From Xylographa opegraphella (Eukaryota): a stretch of DNA of 43,408 bases. Within the stretch, counting starts at the first letter, position 1; the number at the start of each line of letters is the position of its first letter. Of the stretch, positions 11,550 to 23,819 are shown one piece after another. The stretch lies in contig JALDZX010000047.1 of the NCBI GenBank assembly GCA_022813865.1, positions 124,001-167,408 of the forward strand. The letters run 5' to 3'. Below the pieces are notes generated by a model. That model searched no databases. It worked only from the letters and a program-made list of their open reading frames with translations, and was not told the origin of the DNA. The position numbers and the translations under genes were made by a program.

Positions 11550-14348
11550 ATGTCTACTTCGTCGAAGGATGTGTTGGGTTCGGAGGAGAGGGAGACTTCG
11601 TCACTATCAGTACCTATTACTTCAGCAACAACATCTACTCTTCCAGCAGCAGCAACCTCTACTGTTCCAGCAGCAGAAGCGTCCTCTCCATCTACCGAAG
11701 CGTTCTTTTCGTCAACACCAATCCCTACGCCTTCAGCAACAACGTCTGGTCTGGCGGCAGTAGAGCCTCCTCCAGCAACACCGTCGAGTCTGTCGGAAGT
11801 AGCAACATCTTCTCCCTCAGCAGCGACGTCTAGTCTATCACCAGAAGCATGTCTCCTGTCAGCATCTTCTCTAGCAGCAGCAACATCTACTTCATTGCAA
11901 AGGTCTACTTCATCAGCGACTTCTACGCCGTCGGCGGAAGTGTCTTCTCGGTCGGCAGCAGTGGCTACTCTTTCAGGAGCAGCAGGGCCTACTCTTTCAG
12001 CAGCAACATCATCGCCATCAGAAGTAGCAACATCTTCTCTATCTGCAACGACATCTACTCCATCACCAGAAGCGTCTTCTCCACCGACCATAACGGCTTT
12101 CTCGTCAACATCACTGCCTACTCCTTTAGCGACTACGGCTAGTCTGTCGGCAGCACTACCTACCTCTTCAGCAGCAAGATCTACTTCATCACCAGCGTCT
12201 GCTCCGTTGGCAAAAGCGTCTTCTCTGTCAGAAGTAGCAACTTCCACTCTAGAAGCACCTACGTCTACTCCATCGGCTGAAGCGTCTTCGCTATCGGCCG
12301 CAATCTCTACTTCATCACCAACGCCTACTCCAACAGAAGCATCTTCTCTACCAACGTCTTCTGAATTAGTAGCAACATCCACTTCATCACCAACGCCTAC
12401 TCCGGTAGGAGCATCTACACTGTCAGGAGCAACGTCTTCGTCATCAGCAGCAGTACCTACCCCTTCAGGAGCAACATCTTCGCTATCAGGAGTAGCAACA
12501 TCTTCCCTATCGGCAGCGACGTCTTCTCTATCAGCAGCTACATCTACTTCATCACCAGCAGCGGCTTCTCTATCACCCTTAACGTCTTCTTCGCGAACGT
12601 CAGTGTCTGCTACACTAGCCAGCCTTACACAGGAGCTCATATCCAAGATTGCTTCGTACCTCGAACCTGGTAGAGGAATGAGAATTACGCTCGCAAACAC
12701 TCGAACCAACCTTCCCAAATACGCCACCATCTCGAGGAAGTTTCAATATGCAATTGAGCATCGGACCTTCAGTTCCATCGAATTGAATAGCGATGAACTC
12801 GATTACTTCACCCAAATCTTTGTTGGCTATCGTCGAAAGTGTCTAGCCACGCTCAAATACTGGCCTATTCTTGCTACCTATCGTCGTGACGTGTTTGACG
12901 AATACGAGGATCTCAATGATATCCATCTAAACAACCAACATTTTACCGATGCTGTTCTCGGCCTGTTTAATGTGCTCAGTTCTTGGGAGATGGAAGAAAC
13001 GAAAACGATAGAAGAAGAAGGGATCATTATTCGTAGTCGATCTATCCAACTATATCTACTCGAACCTAGATCACCGACGGACAGCGGATGCTTTTACCGA
13101 CGACGGACTGATCCCAGAACAAGTTTAGGCAAACATCGTTTCGAGCATTCTTTCTTACAACTTCTTGACCCCGAAGTTCTTCCAGACCTTACCAGGATAT
13201 TGCACTTCTCCGCCTATGTCTATCGCTTCCGCCGTATTGAACCCCGCTCTCTTGTGATGATCACAGCCTGCATGATTGGTCTGAAGTCCATTGATTGGAG
13301 ACTCAGCGACGAAGAAAAGGTGCTCCTGCCGACGGTACAGAACAACCGCTTCGGTATGATTATTTCGCTCTTATTTTTTACCATATTTATATATGAAGGT
13401 TCACACTAATACTTATTTTTTTTCCCCGTCCTTTTAGCATTCGCTCGAGCGCTCCCCTACCTCTCCACGGAAACTCTCACGAGTTTCCGGCTCTACTACG
13501 AGCGGGAAGTACCAATCGACCACGAGCACGAACCGCCGAGCGTTCTGCTGCCATCCTTCCCCTCGATCGACCACCTCAGCCTCGCCCTCCACACCCTCTC
13601 CCTCGCGCAAAACCTGACAGAGTTCACTCTGTCAGGTCCCTTCGTCGTCTCCTCCGTCCTCTTCTGGCCTGCTGCCGCCAGCGCCGCCGCCGCGATGCCC
13701 TTTTGGCCCAACATGCAGAAGGTCGTCGTGGAGTTCTCTCCAATTGCCCCGGATGGAAGTTGGTACTTCCTCCGGGAGGAACTCCGAGGCGCGGCGCTGG
13801 CCAAGCAGGTCGAACGGATGGAGGCGGCGACGGAGCGCGAGGTCCTCCTCCACCAGACGCCGGCGGACGACAGCTACAACGCGCTGCTGCACCGCGAGCA
13901 CGTGGGCGCCTACCCGGCGCGCGAGTTCCGCAGCGTGCCGGACCCGGCTGCTATGCCGGCCCTCATGCTCGCCCTCGTTCGCGCCGCGGCCCGCATGCCC
14001 CGCCTGCGGCGTCTGCACGTCGACGTCGCGCCCCGACTGCCGTTCGCCTTCGGCGTCCGCTACGTCGGTCCCGGGGAGGCCTACGATCCCTCGTGGGATC
14101 TAGGCAACACCCGCGCCGTGCATCGGCGCGCGGTGATGCCCCGGGACGACGTCGGACTGCCAAGGCTGTACTGGACGGTCGGGCGGTGGAGGCCGGAGGA
14201 GGAGGTGTTGCGGTTGTGGAGGGAGAGGCCGAGGGGGAGGGAGGAGGATGCGGTGTTGCTCGTGCGTTTTTACGCCGAGCGGGAGGCGACGGCGGCGGAG
14301 AGGGTGGATCTGGGGCCGGAGGTGGTGGGGGAGTGGGTGGAGTTTTAG
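11550..14348 (+). CDS. Fungal F-box-like domain protein with a long Ser/Thr/Ala/Pro repeat N-terminus, about 904 aa; exons 11550-13353, 13438-14348
   Basis: F-box-like LASLTQELISKIASYL...LPKYATISRKFQYAIEHRTF at about 12615-12770. C-terminal motifs RFAFARAL, DHLSLALH, LFWP...WPNM...PDGSWYF, PRLYWTVGRWRPEEEVLRLW are typical of an expanded fungal F-box family. Intron GTATGA...ACTAAT...TTTTAG (84 nt, carries the stop of the first ORF) joins the two ORFs in frame. Confidence 0.75.
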
Positions 14349-14412
14349 TGGGGGGGGGGGGTTGGAGTTTTTTGTGTGCGTGTTTGTGTGTTTGTGTGTT
14401 TTTTGTGTGTAT

Positions 14413-14644
<232 letters not shown>

Positions 14645-16049
14645 GTACGTGCGTGTTTTTCTTGTTTTTTTTTGTTTTCTGCCTTAATTTATATGAGGCT
14701 TTTTCCTCTACGGCATTCAAATGCAATGGGGGGAGTTTAGAGAGTCGAGATCTTGGAGAACGTGGATTTGCAATTGTGATTGTGATGAACATGATGCTTT
14801 CGGTGGCCAGGAGTGAGAATCAAAGCAGAGATAAGGGAGGAGGGTAGAGTGGTTTTTACGAATATTCTCTGCGTAGGCTGGCGTGTAGGGCGTGTGTATA
14901 CGGTGGCAATGGCTATTTGTCATGTTTTAGGAGTAGAAGTTTGAGTCTCGCGGCTTGTCTTGGATGTCACTTCAAGCATTACGGGCGAGGTTGGGACGGT
15001 ATCTTAGCTACTACATTGCCTTAAGTAGCTTGGAGTTGTCTTTTCCTCCAGGGTCGTAGAGAGCCTCGGGCGCTTGCTGCTTTCAATGATAGGGCGATGG
15101 CAGGCCCTGGCGGGACTTTTAAGCGCGTGATTAAGCCTTGTGTCTCTGAGAGCGATTATTATTCTGTCAGTATGAGGAGGTTTTAGGCTAGGGTGTGCAT
15201 GTATTTTGCGGAGCACGTATGAGTTGGCGATGTGGACGGGGGAATGGGTCCGAAGGAGTAGCTGGATTTTTCTTTGTTCCAGGGGGTATGTTACTGGAAC
15301 AAAATTATTACTGTCTGAGACAGTAAGGCTCCGATTCTTGGGACTACCTTTGTGGTTGCAAAATAGAAAATATTACTTCATAATCTTGCGGCTGCTAAAG
15401 TCATGGTGGGGCTGCTGCGCGTACTCGCTATCAGCACTCTTTGGGAAATGAAGAGTAAATACAGCATTAATATCAACGCAAAAGCAGGATGATCAGACGT
15501 TGAAACGAAAACATTAATCATCTGCAAACAACAGCACAGAGTTGCGGGAAGGCGTCCAATGGATCCTCTTTTGTGCATGACTTTCGAGACAGTGGCCGGG
15601 GTCGGCGATGCACGTCCAGCTGTCGGGACCTCTTCCATTGGTCCTCGCATCAAGGAACGGCAAAATATGCAATGCAAGGTGAAATGATGCATATCGTAAT
15701 TTCTGCCTCGTCGAACCGATGGACGTCAAAGCAAAGCCGTTTCGACAAAAGCCCATGTGTAAAACACCTGGTTCCAGTAGAGGTCGAACAGGATCGGCCG
15801 GAAGGCGCGACCCGGCGTCGTATGAAGACGTCACGCTTCGGGGACATCCTGGTCTGCGGAAGCAAGACAATTATTACTCTAGAAAAGCACGCCAAATTCC
15901 TCGGCTAGGCCCCGCGCTTTCTCTTTCAACATGCGAAAGTTGCAATTCTGCCTTGGCTTCATCCACTGCTCGTCAAGGCAATGAAGATAGATCATCACGA
16001 TCTGGGATGGCCCTGCTGACTTCCGCACTTCTACCCTGGGCTTTTGGTA

Positions 16050-19000
16050 ATGGCACATCGCTCACCCCATCCACTGATACTCAGTCCGGCTTCGCGCTTC
16101 GCGGCGCAGATCAGCTCTGCCAACTCACGTTCACCATCACGCTCTCCAACACGTCGCCATGAATTTACCGCACTTGAGATCGATCCCTTACTCTCTAACC
16201 TCTCCCCCACGTCCACACTTGAGGCGCTGAGGACGACCGACGTGATTGCCCTTGCGCCAGGAAGTCGGCAGAAGGTACTCTCCGAGAGTATCGCCGACGC
16301 TTCGACCTCGGAGCGGGCATTTGCGATCCGAGCGGCGCTGGCTGGCAAGAAACTCAAAGAATGGTATCTGGAGGTCAAGGAGTGGCGATGGTCACAATAC
16401 AGCTTCGAGGAACCCCCAGTAAATGAGAAGTTCGGGAAAAGGAGAGACTTCAGCCACGGAGGTCATCTGGATCAAGTACTGGCGCATGGGAAAGTTGGCA
16501 CGGATACTTTGAGGACGAATGAGGAAGTCTACTGGGGCTCACTCCCCGCAAGAATAGTACAGCAATACGCAGAGCGAATCGAGATGATAAGAGATGATAT
16601 GGAAACTTTGGACGTTGAAGAACTCAAGGATCATGTCAGAGGAGCCCATCATACGTCGAGGTCAAGCTCTTCCTCGCTTTACGAAGTGGGCCCTTCGGAT
16701 TCCCCACTCGCAAAATACAACCACCTGGACGATTTCACCGTCCTCATCACTGCAACGATCATACAAGCATTGCCATACATTTCCAAACTCAATAGCCTGT
16801 TGGACGTATGGTTTGTCAGACTGGTGGTCTTGCGGCAAGTGCCGGGGTTCCTGCGGCAGTTGGAGGATGCACGTCTCGCTGTAGACTCTGCGTGGAACGC
16901 CATTGGGATTTCGAAGGCTCCCACGATGGAGAGTAATCCCAATCTCACGAAGAAAGACTACACCACGATGAGATCGGTTTTGCAGGAGAGGGTGACGGAG
17001 CTGGGACGAAGATTAGACGGGATGCTGGACGTCCTCGAAGGTGGTATAGATAGGCTGCCAGATCATTGGATAGACAGTATGGAAAGTGTTCAGGAAGATT
17101 ACGAGACCTGGGTTGTCGATGCGGAAAGGCTAGTAGAAGAGAACGACTGGAAACTTCAACAGGAGGCTGCGAGCTATTTATCTTCTCTGCATCCCGAAGC
17201 CAAACATGCAACTAATTCTCGGGTGCCTCTCGATGAGGAAGACTCCTATAACTCTCTGGATTCTGAGAGCCGTACAGCTGCATCTGATGGAGAACAACGA
17301 CCACAATCAAACGGCATTGCTTCAACAAGGTCCCTGGCGCAGTCAATGGACGGGAAAGGCATAACTGTGCAGACAGGCGACTTTGGCCATCGCACCCTGG
17401 ACGGTCACGTGTCGCCTGTGGATGAATCCAGTCCGGATTCCTTCTGGAATAAGGGCGTTGCTCCTTCAATGAAGAGTGCGAAGCTTTCTACATCTGGAGA
17501 CCCTATTATAGGGGAGCTCTTGGAAGTCATTGTGCATCCTACTACGAAACAAAATGATGGTGCACAAATTCCATCGTCAGGAAGAAGAACACCTTCTCGT
17601 AGGCCACCTCCATTAGAAATACATCACCAGACAGCAGCGACTGATAGTACCGTTTCTTCCGATATATCAGAACCAGGCTCTGGTACTTCCGAATACTTCT
17701 CCAATATGTCGAGTCCCGAGATCCTCGACGCTTCTCGTGTAGAGTACTTCAAAACCCCGACTGAAGACAAATTCCACTTTTGGTCAACTAAGGAAGCGGC
17801 ATCATCAAGTGACGTACTCTCACGCCACTCCAGCCAACGCACCGAAAGAAGCACAGCTACTGCCAAAGATGCTGCTGCTCATCTCGACGGAGTGAGCTCC
17901 AAAACCAGGAGCCGGGCGTCTAGCTTTGTCCCAGAACCGATGATCCTTGAAAGCTCTGCTGACGAAAGCGCTGAAAATGTGAGTGATAGGCCAGGCTTAG
18001 GGCTTAAGAGAGCTTCAGTGACTTCAATTGAGGTGCTTTCTAGAAGCGAGGTCAGTGTATTGTCTTGCTTATAATGAGCAGTATTACTGACCAATATCAG
18101 CTACGAAATATTACTGTCAGGCGCCATTCGTCCGGCTCTTCAGCAGTGTCACGACTGAAGGACATCGGCGGGATTCAGGAGAAGCCCGATTCACAGTCAG
18201 CGCATAAGGACCTCAACACTTTGTCTTCACGGGCTGGAACACCATCCATAGATCAAGATCTTTCTCCGTCATTGAAGGCAGCGAAGCGGCGCCAGGCGTT
18301 CTTCAACAACATGTCCGATTTTACGTTTACTTCTTCCCCTCCCTCACGTTCAGGCACACCACTACAGCCCATGTCAGAAGTCGAAGCAGGACCTCTGTCG
18401 GATAGGCTGGACTTTACTGACCAAAAAACCAGCAGCTCTTTATCTGATCCCAAAGGGGCCTCGAGTACACCCAAGAGGTCTTCCAACTCGACGAGGACTC
18501 CTCTGAGTCCATCCGATAGCATTGAGGACCAGTTGACCGCTAGAATTACGTCCATTCTTACCCATATTCCGGCTCGGATACGACTAACATCGGGTCCGGA
18601 GCCTGATGTATCTGAGTCACAACTGTCAGTCCAACCCACCGAGACCAACATGGTCAGCACTTTGTCACCACCACCGGTCATCGAGCGGACACATCCGTCC
18701 ACTCCCTCGATCACCTTGGGACCAGCTTTTCCCAAGACGTCTAAGACCAGATCGCATACTGGTGACTCTGACATCAAGCTCTATCATCTTCACCAGCCAG
18801 GCAGGGACGCTCCTATAAAGCTCTACGTCCGCCTTGTCGGCGAAGGTGGCGAGCGCGTAATGGTACGCGTCGGCGGTGGCTGGGCAGATCTCGCAGAATA
18901 CCTCAAGGAGTACGCGAGCCATCACGGCGGACGCTCCATTTCGGACAGCAAATTTGAGATCAAAGGCTTACCATCCGGTTATCCCAGCTCCTCGACCGCG

Positions 19001-19432
19001 GCGCTGGTCGGCCGCTCCAGTGGTCGCTCCACACCCACCAGCAGGCCAGGGTCTCCCACCACGAGGCCATCTTCTGCGCTCAACATCAGGAAACTCCGTC
19101 TATCCGAGAATTCGGGAATACCGAGTACTCCCGACCTATCGACGCGCTCATACGATATGACGCCCGGGTCCGCAGATTCTTATGCATCCTCTGTTCGCTC
19201 TTCATCCCGGCGACTCTCGTGCGCGGAAGACGATGCGCCTCTCGGGTTGTCAGGCCCCAAGAGCAAGAATACCATCATCTCTCCAGGGAAGAAGGCGTGG
19301 GTGGATGGCATGCTCGACCAGGCGCGGAAAGCGAGCGGTGAGAAGAAGAGAGCGGGACTCGGGGATTTCGGGGACTTGGGGAAAATCGGGGGCACACGAC
19401 GGGTATTTTTTCGAGGAAAGACCGAGGACTGA
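16050..19432 (+). CDS. GAS2/GAR-domain protein (putative microtubule-binding), about 1110 aa; exons 16050-18050, 18101-19432
   Basis: GAR signature KLYHLHQPGRDAPIKLYVRLVGEGGERVMVRVGGGWADLAEYLKEYASHH. Conserved N-terminal IDPLLSNLSPTSTLEAL and helical region, C-terminal WVDGML...GDLGKIGGTRRVFFR. A 50-nt intron GTCAGT...ACTGAC...TCAG joins the two long ORFs in phase 0. Confidence 0.88.
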
Positions 19433-20850
19433 GTAAAAAAATGAATGGGTTGGGCGTTTTTCTTGGGGAACGCAATTTTCAGTTGCATTGGGTTCCGTGG
19501 CAGGTTTTAGCGTATGATACCCTTTGCTTGAGGAACGGTGCTGGGTTTTGGGGGGGGGAGGATTCTTGTGGATATTATTTATGGGATATGATGGTATAGG
19601 TAAGGTATGGTGGTATTATGAAGGCTACGGGATCGAATAGACGATAAGCAGTACGACCCGAGGAAGAATTCAGTTGGTATGCCATCGGCAAAGATCCGAA
19701 GTGATTGGAATGGCACTCAGTGTCCAATCAGGCAAAGCGTGGCGGCAACTTTCGCTTATTAGCCAATTCTTTGCGCCTTGGGCGCGCTTCACTGACGTCG
19801 TCTTGGAGGATTTTTCATGCCTGAATAAAGTAAGGTACCTAGCTTCCTCGGCGTCTTCAGCATCCTCTGCATCCGGCTTATAGCATGAACTACCTTAGGC
19901 TTCCTCCAGCCGCTAATCCGTTGTCGTGATGCTGAACATACCGTCTGTGCCTGCCTCTATTGAGCTGCGATTTGGCAGCCCCTGTACGGCCCGAGTTGAG
20001 CTTTTGGCCACGATGTCAGACCGAACGGCGCTCTTGCCGTTGCTGAGTGATAAGGTAGCTTGCTCTTGTGCAGGCTTGCCGTGGTAGCCGGGAAAAGGGT
20101 CAATGGGAGGCTTGTTCGTTTTCTGTACTTGGCCTATGGGAATACGTTCTCGCGGATCGGACGCTTGGGTGCTGGCGTTTGGGGAGCAGGTCTGCTTCGA
20201 GAAGGGGTAGCGTTCACTGAGTTTGTTTCACCAATTGCTTGGTATTTTTACTTTCGATTTATTCATCAGGGGTTATTTCGGGCTTCTGGTCTAGGATCGG
20301 TGCCTTTTTATCAAAGATATGTGATAGGTGTTTTTCGCTAAGGAGTTTTCCCCGAGTATCGTTCGTTCCTTGAACATGCTGAGAAAGTTCTATCGTGTTG
20401 TTGGCGCTCATGACCGTGCTGTCCAGGCTCAAAATGGCTCTGGTGATCCCACTCAAGGTCGTGAAATCGACCTTGCGAATCGACATGATGTAGCCACAAA
20501 ACGAGCTCTATCATCGCTCGCCATGGAATCTTTACCGAAAACGGCCACACCATCTCCTGCAACTTCGGCGACGTGCAAGCAGACTTTGCATACCGGGGTC
20601 GCCCGCAATTCCAGCGTGTATATCCAAACGGTGCCTATTCAAGTTTCTAACCTATAGTTTTTGAGAGACAGCCTACGAATCAGAAAACTTACTTCCTTCC
20701 TGATCACTATCTAACTGTAAATGGATCAACGACAGTTACTATGATGCTACTCATCTCCGATGAAACCCTCGTCGAGACATCTTACCATCCACCCGCTCGC
20801 TCGCTCGTTGTCTCTTCGTAGTGGATGGACGCCCTATACGAACTCGCTCC

Positions 20851-20922
20851 ACCTATCCATCCATCCATTTATCCATCCATCCATCCATCTATCCATCCAT
20901 CTATCCATCCATCTTTCCATCT

Positions 20923-20955
<33 letters not shown>
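20851..20955 (+). repeat. Imperfect (ATCC)n tetranucleotide microsatellite
   Basis: About 25 ATCC/ATCT units read directly. Confidence 0.9.
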
Positions 20956-21507
20956 CTTTCACCGGGGTTTTCGGGAACGAAGGAACGGGGACTCTCGCTG
21001 GTAGGAGGGGCTTGTAGACATTCCTTTAAGCCGATTAAATAAATGTATAGACTTCGTTTTTAAGGCGAGTAGTGAATGTGCGGCAAGAGCGTGGGAACGC
21101 CAACCCGGCCCTGGGCTCCCTGGCCCCCTGCCCGTTAGGAAAACGGACAGCTGGGTAGCTTAACGTAAGGTAGATAATGAAGACCCAAGTGCTAGTCCTA
21201 GTGCTACGACCACCGCTACGGCTAGCGTGTGATGCGTAGTTACGTCCGGAACGGTAATTGTGATTAGTGGTCAGCGAGGAGGAGATACACAGCGGGTGGA
21301 AGCCACGATGCAGGACGGAGAAGTCCACGCATTCGAAGCCGAGGTTATATGATTTCCCCTGCGGAGTGGCAGCGGGGCGGATGAGGGTTTTGGGTACGGG
21401 CTCCGGGGCGGAGCGAGAATAGGGGATGGGGTGGAAAGGATGGAGAGGGGAGGGGAGGGAAAGCAAAGCAAAGCACAACAGTGCAAACATGCTCGCTAGT
21501 AAAATTC

Positions 21508-21576
<69 letters not shown>
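21508..21576 (+). repeat. (AGGCAC)x11 microsatellite, the reverse complement of the GTGCCT array at 14515
   Basis: Read directly from the sequence. Confidence 0.95.
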
Positions 21577-22153
21577 CAAACCTTTCCCCATCCACTTCCA
21601 CAGCACACCCACTCTCCCTTCACCACCAACAGCGACCACACCCAGCATGGAAGCACGCACGTATTTCATAGCATTGCCTATCTACCGCTAAGCTCATCAA
21701 TCCCCCGCAAACATATGCTACAAGAACAAAAAGCCCGCCCCTCCTCACCGCCACCGCCACCACCACCGCCACCACAGCATCGAGCGCGCAAGCAAGATCC
21801 GCCAACAACCCACCCCCACCTGTCCCCGCCGAGATGGAGTGTGGAGCCGAGCAAAAACAGAAGAAAAGGGAAAATGGGGAGTCGCTATGCAGCCCGCAAC
21901 GCACGCTGGTTTGTGGTGCGGCAAGGCTTCGGCCGAGAGATGTGCGTTAGAAATACAGATGTGTGGACAAAAGTGTGCGGGAGTGTGGGGTCGAGGAGGG
22001 GATTGGTGCGGTGGTGCTGTGGTGGGTCCTCGTGAAGGACGTGTTTCAGACCAGGCACGCCGGGTGATGCCGGATGGAGCAAAGAAGATTTGCAGGCTCG
22101 AGATGCATTCGTGGCGGGTGAATGGTCAAGGGATCATGGACACTCGTCGTCCA

Positions 22154-23819
22154 TCATATCGCCACGGTTTTCATCTCCTCGAAGCCGTCCACGCCGAGCC
22201 CATTCGACATCTCCTTTTTGTTTTCCTTGTCGTGGTCACCGCTGAACACTTCCTGAGACGTGCTCGTGCCCAGAAGTTTCTCCGAAGCCTCGTTGGTGCT
22301 GAAAATAGGCGTGGGCACCTCGACCAGTTTGCTGATCTGCTCGCTCTGCGACATTTGGTTGGTGTCGGTGTCGGTGCGAAGGGACATCGGCCGCACCGTC
22401 TCCTCGGAGACTTGGGAGAGAGGACTCGAGATACCGACCACACCACGTGGGCTGGCCGAGTGGACCTTGCCACTGCCCGCAAACCGGTACGGAGACCGAC
22501 CTCTTTCCTCGGTGGGAGTATCGTACGGGGATGTGGTTCCATCAGTACGATGATTGGCATTGGCTCCAGGACCGTTTGTCTGCTTTCTCTTCGGACCCCT
22601 GCGCCCATATTTCTGATCCATTCGCCATCGTAGAATGTCAAGATAGGCAGGCTCCACATTCGCAGATCGGAACTCTCTCAACTTCAGCTCTTGCGTTTCT
22701 TCATCTACAAACACCTTCTCGCTTCCCATATCATCCGCGACCATAGCCAGGAATGCAGACCATGACCGAGCGATCACGTATTTGCAGTCGTAATCCCGAC
22801 CGAAAATGATGATTTGACCCCATTTCCCTTGCGGTCCAGGCGCGAGATCTACAGCTATGTTGTTCCCTCCCCAATCTCGAGCCAGTGGGATCCAGCCGGG
22901 ATGAGCGTAGGCTTTTTGAATCGCCCTTGGGGGTTGAGAGTCCTGTCGGTCAATCAACTCTTGGCGCCAGAGTGGATTTGTAGCCTGATGAGATGACGAG
23001 GAACTGGAGGAAGCAGCGCTCGATTTGTGAAAACTATGGTTGGGAGGCGTGGTAAGGTATTCTTCGTTGACGGTCCTCCAGTTCTTCCACTCTTGCACAA
23101 TCTCTTCGCAATCAAGCAACATGCACCCAAAAATAATGCCGGTTGGCCGTCCACCTCGTTCCTGCCCATCGTGACACTGTAAGGATTCGCGTACTTCTAT
23201 GGGCAATGAGCAGTCTAGTTCATGTTCCAGTTCGTTCAGATCATTCTGCGTGCAGCCTTCCGCTAGCTGGTCATAAAGCTCTTCGTAGTTGTCCTCGGCC
23301 CATTTGTCTATACGTTTCCAAGAATGAGACACTGGAGGTGGAGGAGGAAGACCTTCTTGAAAGCTTTGCATCTGGATCTCGCCTGTTGCTATGCTATCGG
23401 ACGAGGTGCGCTCGGTGGAGGTTCGCTTGCCTAATGCCAAGCTTGATCGCATGCCGGGAGAGTATGGTGCTGTCGGAGACTGCAGTGCACCGACCGATCC
23501 AGACCACCCGTCGCCCGAGGCGGCATTCGAGTCGGGATGATCTTCCGCGAAGGGGGAGCCAAGGTCCGGACGTGACTCCATGGCACTGGTCGCAACCGAA
23601 GTCAGAGGGGCATGACGGCTTTGGTTGAGAGGCATATGCTGGCCGGTTCGGTACGGGGAGTCGTGAGAAGCGTGACGGTCGTTGGAAGTCATGGTATGCC
23701 AAAAGGAACGCCATGTCGCTGCGATGCTACGGTCGGTATCGTGTTAGCAACTGCTACCGTCGGAAAAACTCCCACTTCTGATGCAGGACAGGTCGACGTT
23801 GGACTTACGACGGAGCCAT
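22154..23819 (-). CDS. SMI1: Knr4/Smi1 cell-wall/glucan synthesis regulator (gs-1 homologue), about 527 aa; exons 23819-23809 and 23726-22154
   Basis: SMI1/KNR4 domain: PPPVSHSWKRIDKWAEDNYEELYDQL...LNELEHELDCSLPIEVRESLQCHDGQERGGRPTGIIFG, YAHPGWIPLARDWGGNNIAVDLAPGPQGKWGQIIIFGRDYDCKYVIARSW. An 82-nt intron GTAAGT...GCTAAC...CGTAG extends the N-terminus to MAPSIAATWRSFWHTMTSNDRH. Confidence 0.93.

Noticed and set aside
11534..12730. 398-aa antisense ORF (V/A/D/E-rich)
   Set aside because: Shadow of the Ser/Thr/Ala repeat region, whose codons lack antisense stops.
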